From a phage: 64,000 nt of DNA. A program made the translations under genes and the position numbers. Shown here piece by piece: positions 7,864 to 18,128 of this stretch. Below the pieces are notes generated by a model that was given only the letters and a program-made list of their open reading frames with translations, did not search any database and was not told the DNA's origin. Position 1 is the first letter of the stretch. Each line of letters starts with the position of its first letter. Location of the stretch: assembly GCA_025677605.1 (NCBI GenBank), contig GCA_025677605.1_4110.1. The stretch is one strand, 5' to 3'.

Positions 7864-10605
7864 TTAACTCCAACGAGTACCAGATTGTGATGGTAACCCA
7901 GAACTAGCTGGGATAGCAGAACCACGATTGTAGGTACTTGGGCGGTATAGCAAGAATCTGGACACTTTTTCAGACTCGATTGATGCAATACCATTAGCAT
8001 CAGTTACTATCTTACCAATGTAGGTTGATGTCATAGTTTCTGATAATTGATATAGTGATATCTGATACGAAGCTGTAGATGTACCTCTATCCATAACCGC
8101 ATATATGTAGAATGTTGAATTATCTGGTGTAGTACTTATGGTAGATAAGTCTATCATAGTCGGTGGTATCTTTGCAAACTTTCCACCCAAGAAAACTGGT
8201 ACTTCTTGTGAAAAGTACACGTTGAACCCTTGTGCCACATCCTGTGAAGCAACAACTAAGTACTGTGATATCGTTTCATTACCAGATATTAGTTTATCCA
8301 TATCTGCTTCAGTAGTACCACATACAGCAAAAACTGATTTAGTTTGATAATCGTTTTTGTTCATTTGGTAATATCCAAACCCAATCCCTGGAATTGTACC
8401 TATATCAAATTGTGCGTTTGAAATATAAGTTGTTTCCATATATCGTTGACTTGAAATAATACCATTTTTCACTTTAGCAATCATGTTAGGATAACGAGTC
8501 CAACCTGGGGTATCAATGCCATATAAAATGTTCACACCTAAGTAGTTAAAACCACTAAACTTAGCAACAGTCATACCAGCCCAACGTTTGATCATTTCAT
8601 TTGGTGAAATTTGGAATGTATTCGTGATTGATGTATATCTTGCTGTATCAACACTAATACCACGTAAAATTATAGTACCACTTGTACCCAGTGCACTACA
8701 TGATATTTCGGAAAAAATAATATAACACACGTTGGTAGTACCGTTTAGTGCAGAAGTGACTGCAATAGATTTAGAATATGTAGTATCAGGTACATAATAA
8801 AAAACAGTTTTATGTTCAGTTATTCCAGTCAATCCGGCTTTAGCAACGGCATTATAACCTATACCTGATAATGTAGTTCCTGAAATTTCATATCTATCAC
8901 TGTTAAAGTCCATTGTAACAGGGTCGAATTTTCCATAAGCTGGTTTATCGATACCTTCTATTAAAGAAGATCCATAAGTGCTGACATTTCCATTGGCATC
9001 AACCAATGTTACCATACCTGCATATTTGTAATCAGTACTTAAATAGTGTCTATTACCTGATGGTGCAAAACCATTCATTGTGGTATTTTGTTCCAAGTTT
9101 TTATAACTATAAGTTGGATTCTCACCTATTTCAGTAAAAACTGTACTATCATAACCATAAGAAATTCCATCAGCAGTACCAGAACATGCAACAAGTATCT
9201 TACGTTTATCTACGAAACGAACACCTATTAAGTTTTCACCGACAGGGGAGCCATAAACTGGCATTACTTCTACACGTTTTAAATTACTACCAGTACGTGT
9301 TTTAGCAACCCAACTATCATAAGGTGTACCAGAAACTTTGTATGTTTGTACTGCATAGGTCGGCATGGATGACCATCTTGCTTTGGTAGTGAAAACAAAA
9401 CCATCAGAAGTTTGACAGATTGAACCATAGTTACCAAGTGCACCATCATAAAACCCTGTAAAGTTTTCCATATTGATTGAAAACGGGTTACTCACTGTTA
9501 TACTACCAGTTGATGTATTAGCTGATACTCTGATTGGACCACGTTCAGAACCGTCAAGTGTCATTGTTTTAGTACTGATATCATATGTAAAGCTGATACC
9601 AAGTGCATATACACCAGATGTTTTTGTTGCGGTAAAGACACGAAACCCTGGATATATCGCTACTCTTATTTTTGTACCATCAGGACTGATAACTGCTTGT
9701 GTATTAAATGCGTTATTTTCCCAATAATCTATTCTGGAAACACCATTATCATATGCTATTAGTGCATCACCACCTGAACCCAACACTGAATAACTATCAT
9801 AAACACGAATATTATTAGATGCAGTGTATGTTACATTTCTTATAGTTCTTCCTGAATAACCACTAATCTGTGTTACTGTCGAAACTGAACCAGTATTAAA
9901 TGCAGTTAAAGGTACTGTGTATATGATAAATGCACACCCGCGAACACTACTCAATACACTTGAATCCATACACCATATATAAACTGAATCATTTACGATG
10001 TGTGCATAGATTGGTTTATTTGTTATTGCTGTTTTTGGAATTCTGCAATGTTTGTGTGCTGATTCATTTAATGTTTCATTTGTTAATGTAAGGTAGTATG
10101 ATGCTCTATCAGTTGATTCCCAAAATAGTAATTCATATGCATTTGACCCATAAAATTCATAAATGTAATCAGTGCTTGGTAGCACAGAAGGTCTATACAT
10201 CGTGTTGGTTGTAATTATATTATCTTGAGTTAGTGTTTCTATATCTCTTATATTTTTAATATAAGCATAATAGTAACCATACGAACTTCCATTTGTACCT
10301 GCACGTAAAATTACACCAGTACCATCATTTTCAATGATACAAGGTTGCATTATTTTTGCAAATGAAAAGGAAGAAGCACCTTCAAATGTACCGTTAATAC
10401 TCATCGGTAGGTAATCTTGATCACCTACCCTTGAAACTGGAAGCATATCAAACATCTGATCTACTTCCGCTTTGTCATAATATTGGTAAGTGATTTTACC
10501 AGCAGAATCAGCAGGGAATCCATTAAAGGAACGTAATGCATACTTTCCATTAATTTTCAAATTCCCTAGTATTTCTGCGTTTCCTATAATTCGTCTCGAA
10601 GCCAT
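7864..10605 (-). CDS. tail fibre protein
   Basis: ~913 aa, Gly/Ser/Thr/Asn/Tyr-rich; C-terminal ~120 aa shared with the two upstream fibre ORFs; ATG at 10605 with AAGGA RBS (track start 10632 is upstream alternative). Confidence 0.7.
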   Translation of the reverse strand: MASRRIIGNAEILGNLKINGKYALRSFNGFPADSAGKITYQYYDKAEVDQMFDMLPVSRVGDQDYLPMSINGTFEGASSFSFAKIMQPCIIENDGTGVILRAGTNGSSYGYYYAYIKNIRDIETLTQDNIITTNTMYRPSVLPSTDYIYEFYGSNAYELLFWESTDRASYYLTLTNETLNESAHKHCRIPKTAITNKPIYAHIVNDSVYIWCMDSSVLSSVRGCAFIIYTVPLTAFNTGSVSTVTQISGYSGRTIRNVTYTASNNIRVYDSYSVLGSGGDALIAYDNGVSRIDYWENNAFNTQAVISPDGTKIRVAIYPGFRVFTATKTSGVYALGISFTYDISTKTMTLDGSERGPIRVSANTSTGSITVSNPFSINMENFTGFYDGALGNYGSICQTSDGFVFTTKARWSSMPTYAVQTYKVSGTPYDSWVAKTRTGSNLKRVEVMPVYGSPVGENLIGVRFVDKRKILVACSGTADGISYGYDSTVFTEIGENPTYSYKNLEQNTTMNGFAPSGNRHYLSTDYKYAGMVTLVDANGNVSTYGSSLIEGIDKPAYGKFDPVTMDFNSDRYEISGTTLSGIGYNAVAKAGLTGITEHKTVFYYVPDTTYSKSIAVTSALNGTTNVCYIIFSEISCSALGTSGTIILRGISVDTARYTSITNTFQISPNEMIKRWAGMTVAKFSGFNYLGVNILYGIDTPGWTRYPNMIAKVKNGIISSQRYMETTYISNAQFDIGTIPGIGFGYYQMNKNDYQTKSVFAVCGTTEADMDKLISGNETISQYLVVASQDVAQGFNVYFSQEVPVFLGGKFAKIPPTMIDLSTISTTPDNSTFYIYAVMDRGTSTASYQISLYQLSETMTSTYIGKIVTDANGIASIESEKVSRFLLYRPSTYNRGSAIPASSGLPSQSGTRWS

Positions 10606-10615
10606 ATATATTCCT

Positions 10616-11206
10616 TTACCATTCTGTCCCACTATTCACATCTGGTGTACCAGAACTGATAGGGATAGCTGAACCAATTTTTGTAGCACTTACTCTGAAG
10701 TCGTCAAATCTTGACACTTTATTTATACTGACCCCTGTAATGCCATCTGGGAAAACTGTCAGTTGTCCTATGTACATATTAACACTACTTTCAGGGCGTT
10801 GAGTTTTAGAAATGAGGTAGTCAGCTACCCCAACATCTAATATAACATATACATAATGTGTTTCAATATTAGTACCAGTAACTCCTGGGTCCGTTATTGT
10901 TTTAGCAGGGAGGGTATAAACCGCTCCCGCCATGAACAATGGTAATTCTTTACTGAAAGTCAATTTGAATCCAGCGGCAGTAATACCTAATGGTTCATTA
11001 CTGTAAAGTGAACCAAATTGTGATAACGGAAAGGAACTGGTAATGTAATTCACATCATCTGTACTCATGAGTGGTACATCAACATTCCCATTAGCATCAG
11101 CTTGATACACATTACCAGAACGATCAGTTATCGTGGTCCCAGTATTTTTTCCTTGTGATTTAACGGAAGCATACGCTTCCACATCAGATCTAAATTTATA
11201 AGCCAT
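10616..11206 (-). CDS. small tail-fibre-related protein
   Basis: 196 aa; C-terminus (...KVSRFDDFRVSATKIGSAIPISSGTPDVNSGTEW) is homologous to the C-termini of the flanking large fibre proteins. Confidence 0.6.
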   Translation of the reverse strand: MAYKFRSDVEAYASVKSQGKNTGTTITDRSGNVYQADANGNVDVPLMSTDDVNYITSSFPLSQFGSLYSNEPLGITAAGFKLTFSKELPLFMAGAVYTLPAKTITDPGVTGTNIETHYVYVILDVGVADYLISKTQRPESSVNMYIGQLTVFPDGITGVSINKVSRFDDFRVSATKIGSAIPISSGTPDVNSGTEW

Positions 11207-11216
11207 ATTATCTCCA

Positions 11217-13901
11217 TTACCAATTCACATTACCAGAACTTGAAGGGAACCCAGAACTAACTGGGAAGGAACTTCCGGCAGCGTCGAATGATGAACCAAA
11301 CAGGTCTAAACGCGAACGTTTTGCTATATTAATTTCGGTTATTTGTAAATTATCAGTTTTCACTGTACCAATCCAGAATATTGAATGAGTTTCAGCTAAT
11401 TCAGTTGTTGATATATGATAGTTTGCAATACCCTGTACTAATTTAATATACACATAAAATGTAGTATTGGCAGGATTTGCTTTCACAGTTGTTAAATCTA
11501 TATTTGATATTGGTAATGTATAGTGTTTACCGGATATCAGTACTGGTGTCTCTTCGGTGAAGTATATAATAAAACCTTGAGCAACATCTTGGGAAACAAG
11601 ACATATAAATGGATTTCCTTTATCAGTCCATGCATTATAATCCGCTAATGTTGTACCATATGTTCTAAAAATTGTTTTGTTATTATTATCTATACTTTGA
11701 AGAATACCAAACCCAATGTTAGGTAAAGCGAATGGTTGACCATCTAATGCATAGATCGGACGTGCACCAGCTATATGGAAATTATTAAATTGGGCTGTCG
11801 CTTTATCCACTGTAGCACGGAAAAATGGAGAGTTTGTATTACCAACTGTATTAAAGAAACCAGGAATACCACCACCAATGAAGTAGAAAGAACCCGCATC
11901 ATATATAGTAATACCAATACTTCCACTATCAAGATGATATGCGGTATCTGTTTTGTAATCCCCAGCTTGAACACTTTCATGTACTAAACGTTTGAACGAC
12001 CATGTTGTAATATCACCAGTTCTTGTATTGACATTCAATTCAACAACTCGAATATATAGACCACGGGCTGTAGTAGATGCTGCAAGAACACCAAAAACAG
12101 GAATATCAGTTTGTTGTGGAACAAATACAGATAATGTTTTTATTGATGCTGGTGATATATTCCATGAACTAGCAACTTTAGCAAATTCGGAATTTCTAAT
12201 GGAATTCATTATATCTTGTGACATACTGATTGTACCATTATTCAGTACATTACCTTTATAATCAAAACTAATTGGCGTTGATGTTCTATTATCAGCCACC
12301 AAAACACCACCATTAGTCGTTACCGTTGAACCAGAAATTGAACTTATAAAAATTCTAGATTCTGGTGTAGTTATAAACGCTCGGTCTGGTGTTGGTTCAT
12401 AGCCAAGAACATTACCATAGTCTAGAGACTTAAATGTAAAGTTCGGGGTAGCTTTATGTACAGCATAGGATGGATAAAAACGACCATCACCTGAACGTCT
12501 TGAATATTGCTTAGTACTGTTATTTGGTAATAACTCCACACCCACTTGGAATGAACCAACTGCTGAACCAAATCTTGGTGATACGACACCATTAATAAAA
12601 TCAGTTGCCGATACACTTCTAACATCCATTAAATCAAATAATGATTTGGGTGGGTATTTTGCATATGATATATTCAATGCTTCTGCAAGGTTTGGTGAAA
12701 ATGAGCAAAACGCATCCCCAGTTGATGGAACATAGCAATAATTACTGAAAATGTTACGTCCACCTGCGTGAAGATAAAACGGGTCAGTTGTTAAACATGG
12801 ACCAGATTCATTCATGCTTGTACCATTATCATAAACAGCAACTGGTGTAGTAGTTGTCATATTATCCAATGCACATTGCTTAGTAGCAATATCAAAAGTC
12901 ATACTAAAACTGTGTTGTGGTCGTATATCATATCTGCCGTTAGTCATCCACATATCGCCACATAATCTAAATTTAAATGTAGTTGTACCTGATTTCTGTG
13001 CAACATATAAATCTGGATCTGTCATATAAATACCAAACCCAATAATACCACTTGGAATTAAAACGTATGGATTATCATTGGTATTTGTTGAATTTATTTT
13101 CATAGTTGGAACAATATTGTCATCATATACCATTGCATTATAAAAAGTTCTTGTGGCCCAACCAGTAATTCTAGTAACACTATAAGTACCACCACCTGGG
13201 TTATTACTTGGACTAAAAGTAACTTTAACCACTGATATTTTAAGAGTATTGCTTGGTGTATCTAAACTGAAAAAGTATAATGCACCATCTTCTGCACGAA
13301 TAACAAATTGTACTTCACCAATTGGCCTAACTGAAGCATAGTCATCAATTAAAATTCCGGTATGCATTGCATCGTTCATTGTGCCATTATTAACGGATAC
13401 AAAAAGTTTATTAATTGAACCATTACTTGCCATACCACATGTAATATCATCACTACATGAATATAAATGGTATGCATAATAATCACCAAAATAATTTGGT
13501 TTATATGCACGAGTAGTATTAACCATACGACTTGTATTTGTTGTACCAACCGCCTGGGTCATATAACTATAATAAACCCCTTGTGTACTCCCATTTGTAC
13601 CAGGACGTAGCATTACTAAAGTGTTATCATCTTCCAAAAATAATTTTGTATTTCTGGATTTAGTATTTTCTGAAGAACCAACTGTTGTACCATTGACACC
13701 AGCAGGTAGATAGTTTTGTGTACCATAACGAGAAATGGGTAACATACCAACCATTTCCAGCATATCATCTTGTGTATATGCATCTATTGTGAGATTGCCA
13801 TTTTCATCAAATACGTTATCATTGATGCTCTGAACACTTCTCTTACCTTTGACTGTTACATTATGTGTAACATCAATGCCACCATATATTTTCTTTGCCA
13901 T
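11217..13901 (-). CDS. tail fibre protein
   Basis: 894 aa; fibre-like composition; C-terminal module QDVAQGF..YF..E.PV...GK...P......T homologous to the 913-aa fibre; ATG 13901 with AAGGGA RBS. Confidence 0.7.
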   Translation of the reverse strand: MAKKIYGGIDVTHNVTVKGKRSVQSINDNVFDENGNLTIDAYTQDDMLEMVGMLPISRYGTQNYLPAGVNGTTVGSSENTKSRNTKLFLEDDNTLVMLRPGTNGSTQGVYYSYMTQAVGTTNTSRMVNTTRAYKPNYFGDYYAYHLYSCSDDITCGMASNGSINKLFVSVNNGTMNDAMHTGILIDDYASVRPIGEVQFVIRAEDGALYFFSLDTPSNTLKISVVKVTFSPSNNPGGGTYSVTRITGWATRTFYNAMVYDDNIVPTMKINSTNTNDNPYVLIPSGIIGFGIYMTDPDLYVAQKSGTTTFKFRLCGDMWMTNGRYDIRPQHSFSMTFDIATKQCALDNMTTTTPVAVYDNGTSMNESGPCLTTDPFYLHAGGRNIFSNYCYVPSTGDAFCSFSPNLAEALNISYAKYPPKSLFDLMDVRSVSATDFINGVVSPRFGSAVGSFQVGVELLPNNSTKQYSRRSGDGRFYPSYAVHKATPNFTFKSLDYGNVLGYEPTPDRAFITTPESRIFISSISGSTVTTNGGVLVADNRTSTPISFDYKGNVLNNGTISMSQDIMNSIRNSEFAKVASSWNISPASIKTLSVFVPQQTDIPVFGVLAASTTARGLYIRVVELNVNTRTGDITTWSFKRLVHESVQAGDYKTDTAYHLDSGSIGITIYDAGSFYFIGGGIPGFFNTVGNTNSPFFRATVDKATAQFNNFHIAGARPIYALDGQPFALPNIGFGILQSIDNNNKTIFRTYGTTLADYNAWTDKGNPFICLVSQDVAQGFIIYFTEETPVLISGKHYTLPISNIDLTTVKANPANTTFYVYIKLVQGIANYHISTTELAETHSIFWIGTVKTDNLQITEINIAKRSRLDLFGSSFDAAGSSFPVSSGFPSSSGNVNW

Positions 13902-13932
13902 ATATATCCCTTTTATCTAGATATCCATAGTG

Positions 13933-13940
13933 TATTTATA
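13933..13940 (-). promoter_or_regulatory. T4-type late promoter motif TATAAATA
   Basis: plus-strand tatttata (minus strand TATAAATA) about 32 nt upstream of the fibre gene ATG. Confidence 0.45.
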
Positions 13941-13946
13941 ATAGTA

Positions 13947-13969
13947 TAAAAAAAGCACCCAAAGGGTGC
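13947..13969 (-). terminator. rho-independent terminator
   Basis: stem gcaccc/gggtgc with loop aaa followed on minus strand by U-run (plus A-run 13947-13954). Confidence 0.5.
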
Positions 13970-13978
13970 TTCTTCATA

Positions 13979-14137
13979 TTAACCGCCGTGTTTAGAAAAT
14001 TCAACTGCTCTTAATTGTTTAAGTGCTTCTTTTCTGGTTGGGTGACGACCGAGAACTTTCTTCCCTGTGTGGTCAGTAACAACCCACTCATTTCCACGTT
14101 TCTGTATCTTTTCAGAAATAATATCAAGATAACGCAT
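13979..14137 (-). CDS. small hypothetical protein (52 aa, below ORF-track cutoff)
   Basis: ATG 14137 preceded by AAAGGAG RBS; translation MRYLDIISEKIQKRGNEWVVTDHTGKKVLGRHPTRKEALKQLRAVEFSKHGG; overlaps nrdG stop by 14 nt. Confidence 0.4.
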   Translation of the reverse strand: MRYLDIISEKIQKRGNEWVVTDHTGKKVLGRHPTRKEALKQLRAVEFSKHGG

Positions 14138-14603
14138 AATCTACTCCTTTACGAAGAATACGTTGATTATTAGAGCCTCTAAATGGTAATTCTAAATTCT
14201 TTTCTTCAAGAATAAATTTACCATCAACTAATACATCAATGTACTCTAGTATTGCGGAGGCATGATTATTTATTATTTCCTCTAAAGTATAACCACTCCA
14301 GCACCAAATATCTTTATTTGGATATTTTTCTTTTACTACTTTACATAACTCAATAACAGTACTGATATTCTTTGGCATCAATGGATCACCACCTAAAAGG
14401 GATAATCCTTGTACATATGGCTTGTTAAGTTCATTCAGGATGATTTCAACTGTTTCAGTACTGAATACTTCCCCACTGCGATAATCCCATGCTTTTTCGT
14501 TGAAGCATTCTTCACATCCGTGGCTACACCCTGAAACAAAAAGGGAGCATCTAACTCCCTCCCCATTAACTAAATCATCCTTGATTATCGTTTGGTAATT
14601 CAT
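14124..14603 (-). CDS. nrdG: anaerobic ribonucleotide reductase activating protein (radical SAM)
   Basis: 159 aa with CSHGCEEC (C-x3-C-x2-C) iron-sulfur motif; adjacent to nrdD. Confidence 0.85.
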   Translation of the reverse strand: MNYQTIIKDDLVNGEGVRCSLFVSGCSHGCEECFNEKAWDYRSGEVFSTETVEIILNELNKPYVQGLSLLGGDPLMPKNISTVIELCKVVKEKYPNKDIWCWSGYTLEEIINNHASAILEYIDVLVDGKFILEEKNLELPFRGSNNQRILRKGVDYALS

Positions 14604-14910
14604 CTAATATTGCACTCACTATTTCCACAAGAACATCACCATGACATGATTTTGGCTTACAAAAGCACCCAAGACGCTTCCCAGCCAATTCAAGTAGTTC
14701 TTCGATAGTAACCTCACCATTTTCAATTCTTTGGATAAGATACTCTCTGAACTTCTCAATCGACTCTTCTCGTGTCGGAACTATAAACTCTGCCTTTGTT
14801 TGTTTGTCATTAATGTGGGTAAATGGATTTCCCCATTTGGACCCACGACCAATATACACATCATATGGTTCTTTATATTTGTTAACTACAATTGGTTTTA
14901 AGTCCATCAT
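14575..14910 (-). CDS. conserved hypothetical protein (GNPF motif)
   Basis: 111 aa, [12 protein letters not shown] motif, Cys pair [11 protein letters not shown]; family assignment not verified. Confidence 0.45.
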   Translation of the reverse strand: MMDLKPIVVNKYKEPYDVYIGRGSKWGNPFTHINDKQTKAEFIVPTREESIEKFREYLIQRIENGEVTIEELLELAGKRLGCFCKPKSCHGDVLVEIVSAILDELPNDNQG

Positions 14911-15269
14911 AGACCTTTAGTAAAAGTACGATTGATTACATCATCTTGTTGTTCTTTTGTTAGTGAATTGAAACGAACTGCATAACCACTAACACGAATT
15001 GTAAGTTGCGGATACTTTTCTGGATTATTTTGTGCATCAATGAGTTGTTCTTTAGATAGAACATTTACATTCAAGTGCTGACCACCTTCAATATTCGGTG
15101 CGTGTTGAATTTCCACATCACGCAGTACCTCGCCATCAAAAGTACTCAAAAGTACTTCATCATCTTCGGAAAAGGTCTTTGATACAATAATACGTGCAAT
15201 ATCATTTTCTATTAGCATGATAGTTCCACGGTGCTCACCTGACATGACTTGTTTACCTTGAATTGACAT
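14907..15269 (-). CDS. autonomous glycyl-radical cofactor (GrcA/YfiD-like; T4 Y06I-like)
   Basis: 120 aa; C-terminal [11 protein letters not shown]....[32 protein letters not shown] matches the GrcA glycyl-radical domain. Confidence 0.8.
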   Translation of the reverse strand: MSIQGKQVMSGEHRGTIMLIENDIARIIVSKTFSEDDEVLLSTFDGEVLRDVEIQHAPNIEGGQHLNVNVLSKEQLIDAQNNPEKYPQLTIRVSGYAVRFNSLTKEQQDDVINRTFTKGL

Positions 15270-15278
15270 AATATCTCC

Positions 15279-17084
15279 TTACATGTGTTGTATACGTTGA
15301 ATAACTTCAGCTTGTTTACCTTTATTGAACGGGCGACTATTTGGTGCACTAAGATATCCTGATACTCTGCGAATAACCGACATTGTACGTTCATTGCGGT
15401 TGTCACATACCGGACAATGGAAACCATTTTTATCTACACTAAATTCACCCTCAAAATCACATTCAAAACACTTATCGACCTTCTGATTAATACCAAAATA
15501 TGGAATTTTAGTATAAGCAAAATTTATTAATGTTTCAAGTGCTTGTATATTATTAGCTAGATTTGGTGTTTCGACATAGCTAATATTACCACCATTGCTT
15601 AGATAAGCAAAGTTTTCCTCATAATCCCATTTAGCAAAAGGTGTACTTTCAACCCATACTGGTTGATGGAATGAGTTAGTGATAAAGTCACGTTTCAGTA
15701 CTGAAGGATGTTTTGCCTCAATACAACGTGCAAATTTATAACATAGTGATTCTGCTGGTGTACCGTAAAGACTAAATGCAATGTTACTCTCTTTTTTGAA
15801 TTCATCACATTTTGCTTTCATGTAGTTCAAAATACTCATACAGAACTCTTTACTAATTGAACCAGTGAGGATCTCTGAGCACTCAGATAACCCAACATAA
15901 CCAATACTGATACTAGCATAACCATTATAAAATAAATGGTCAATAGTGTCTTCAGGATCAAGACGTGCAATCGCACCTTCAGCGAAAAGTATAGGGTTTT
16001 GTTTTGCCTTTGTACCTTTTAAACGTTCTACACGGTTCATCTGTGCTCTGTAAGCAATATTCATGTGCTCGTCAATCTTATCAAAGAAATCACCATCAGA
16101 CTCACTCTCAAGAGCAATTAGTGGTAAGTTGATAGACACAACGCCAAGGTTGAATCTACCATTGTATTTTTCTTCTCCTTGTATATTTTCCCATTTCCCT
16201 AAGAAACTTCTGCATCCCATAGGAGTAACAGGAATAGTTGTGCTTCCAGTAACTTTTTGATTCAAAGGTACTGATACAAAATCAGGATAGATGCGTTTAG
16301 CTGCACAACGCATAGCTAATTGTTTTAAGTCATAATTACAATCAGTACTGTTCATATTAATTCCATCCTGAAGAAAGAATATTACTTTAGGGAATACTGG
16401 AGTAATCTTATCTTTACCTAGTCCATTTTCATGTACTTTCAAATATTGTTCAGTGATTAGTTTTTCAAATTTAGATGTACCTAATCCTAAACTCAAAGAA
16501 ATGAACGCAGCCTGACCATTAGTACTGATCATTGAGTTTGTTTGATATAGAATTGTTTGACAACCGTCATAAACTTCCTTACGCAACTCATCTTCGATGA
16601 ATTCAGTACTAAGATTGTATTTCTTTTGTTTTTCTAGAAGTTTATCCCATGACTTTTGTACATATGGTGCAAGGCCAGTGTCAATGTGAGCCAACGACTG
16701 ACCACCGTACTGTGAACTTGCCACAGCCTGAACAATCTGTGTTAGTACTGTACAAGCTACCCCAAAGCTTTTTGGTTCTTCAATCTTGGCACAACCAATC
16801 ATGAAGCCATTAGCAAGCATATCAGGATAATTAACTAAACAACAGTTTGTTAATGGGCTAATGTAATAGTCTAAATCATGAATATGACCGTAACCTTCAT
16901 TATGCCACTTCATCAATTCATCAGGAATCACATCTTGGGAATAATGTTTAGAAAGAATACCTGCCAATAAATCACGATGTGTATTAACACATTTAGCGTC
17001 TTTATTTGCATTTTCGTTTGTTAAATCAGCGTTACTCTGGTTGAGGAAGTTAGTTACGTCCGTATATAATTTATCTATTTGCAT
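15279..17084 (-). CDS. nrdD: anaerobic ribonucleoside-triphosphate reductase
   Basis: 601 aa; C-terminal Zn-ribbon cysteines (CFECDF...CPVCDN) and glycyl-radical motif RRVSGYL; co-located with nrdG. Confidence 0.9.
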   Translation of the reverse strand: MQIDKLYTDVTNFLNQSNADLTNENANKDAKCVNTHRDLLAGILSKHYSQDVIPDELMKWHNEGYGHIHDLDYYISPLTNCCLVNYPDMLANGFMIGCAKIEEPKSFGVACTVLTQIVQAVASSQYGGQSLAHIDTGLAPYVQKSWDKLLEKQKKYNLSTEFIEDELRKEVYDGCQTILYQTNSMISTNGQAAFISLSLGLGTSKFEKLITEQYLKVHENGLGKDKITPVFPKVIFFLQDGINMNSTDCNYDLKQLAMRCAAKRIYPDFVSVPLNQKVTGSTTIPVTPMGCRSFLGKWENIQGEEKYNGRFNLGVVSINLPLIALESESDGDFFDKIDEHMNIAYRAQMNRVERLKGTKAKQNPILFAEGAIARLDPEDTIDHLFYNGYASISIGYVGLSECSEILTGSISKEFCMSILNYMKAKCDEFKKESNIAFSLYGTPAESLCYKFARCIEAKHPSVLKRDFITNSFHQPVWVESTPFAKWDYEENFAYLSNGGNISYVETPNLANNIQALETLINFAYTKIPYFGINQKVDKCFECDFEGEFSVDKNGFHCPVCDNRNERTMSVIRRVSGYLSAPNSRPFNKGKQAEVIQRIQHM

Positions 17085-17222
17085 TTCACATTCCTTGTAT
17101 GTTATTCGTTTGGGTGAATTTATTTAACTTCAACAAAGAGCATTATAGCCTCATATTGGCCTTTTTCTCTTGACCTAAATCAAGGAAAAGTGCAATTGAT
17201 TAAGTACTGTACAAACACAAAA

Positions 17223-17239
17223 AGCACCACTTGGGTGCT
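17223..17239. terminator. hairpin terminator with A-run and T-run flanks
   Basis: stem agcacc/ggtgct with loop acttg, flanked by acacaaaa and ttta; downstream of nrdD operon start region. Confidence 0.4.
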
Positions 17240-17318
17240 TTTATAGAATAGACAAAATAACAACTGACCAGATTAGCATAACATATAAATTGCAATTGCA
17301 CTGCAACCAATGAATAGT

Positions 17319-17504
17319 TTAATTAGTCTCATCTGGACTCCATGTAATAGTTACAGTAAATGTACCTTCCTGGAATCCATACTCATCTTGTGGAATTTGA
17401 GCAACTAATGGATTGAATCTGGAATTAAACGCTTCATGTACATCACGTTGGATATCACAGATACTTTCACCATCATATTCTTTTTTAAAAATTTCAATCT
17501 GCAT
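17319..17504 (-). CDS. hypothetical protein
   Basis: 61 aa ORF. Confidence 0.4.
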   Translation of the reverse strand: MQIEIFKKEYDGESICDIQRDVHEAFNSRFNPLVAQIPQDEYGFQEGTFTVTITWSPDETN

Positions 17505-17904
17505 TTAAACGTAATGACCCTCGTATTGTCTCTGGATAACTGTCTAATAGATCGATTAGCCTATTAAACGCATGAGTACTGATGAATGGATGTTTCTTCG
17601 CGAGTTCGATGCGTTTCTCAAAATCCATTAATGTAATCTCGGTTCTATTGAAACTACCTTTACGTCTGTACGTTAGTAAACGCTCTTTGTGTCCATTAAG
17701 CTGGAAATCAAAATATGTTGTTGCAGTATAATCACTATCATCACTGATAGGCTTTGAAATATCCAGATTATACGTAGATCCAAATGCGAAAAAGAAACCA
17801 CCATCTTCCAATGGGATATCTTTATCGCTTAGATTGAAATCTGTTTCATCACCTAGTATATCAAATATCTTTCTACTTAATTTTAGAAACTCATCTTCTA
17901 ACAT
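17494..17904 (-). CDS. hypothetical protein
   Basis: 136 aa ORF. Confidence 0.5.
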   Translation of the reverse strand: MLEDEFLKLSRKIFDILGDETDFNLSDKDIPLEDGGFFFAFGSTYNLDISKPISDDSDYTATTYFDFQLNGHKERLLTYRRKGSFNRTEITLMDFEKRIELAKKHPFISTHAFNRLIDLLDSYPETIRGSLRLNAD

Positions 17905-17906
17905 AG

Positions 17907-18128
17907 TTATTCCTCGTTTTCATTTGGAATACAATATACAAATACTAAATGCTTAAAGTGATCAGTACTGGAATATAATGCCAATTCATGTAATGGGAAA
18001 TTGGTATCTTTAAATTTACCATTTTCGTATATAGTTATTTGTAACGAATGTTTTGGCTCAAAAATATAATAGTACATTATTGATTCACCAAACAGTACAG
18101 TATGGTGCTGATATCGTTCAATTTTCAT
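17907..18128 (-). CDS. hypothetical protein
   Basis: track ORF 17907-18176 trimmed to internal Met to avoid 52-nt overlap with upstream deaminase-like gene; start uncertain. Confidence 0.4.
   Translation of the reverse strand: MKIERYQHHTVLFGESIMYYYIFEPKHSLQITIYENGKFKDTNFPLHELALYSSTDHFKHLVFVYCIPNENEE

Noticed and set aside
15212-15427. 71-aa ORF overlapping the nrdD 3-prime end and GrcA-like start
   Set aside because: Out-of-frame overlap with two strongly supported genes; most likely spurious.
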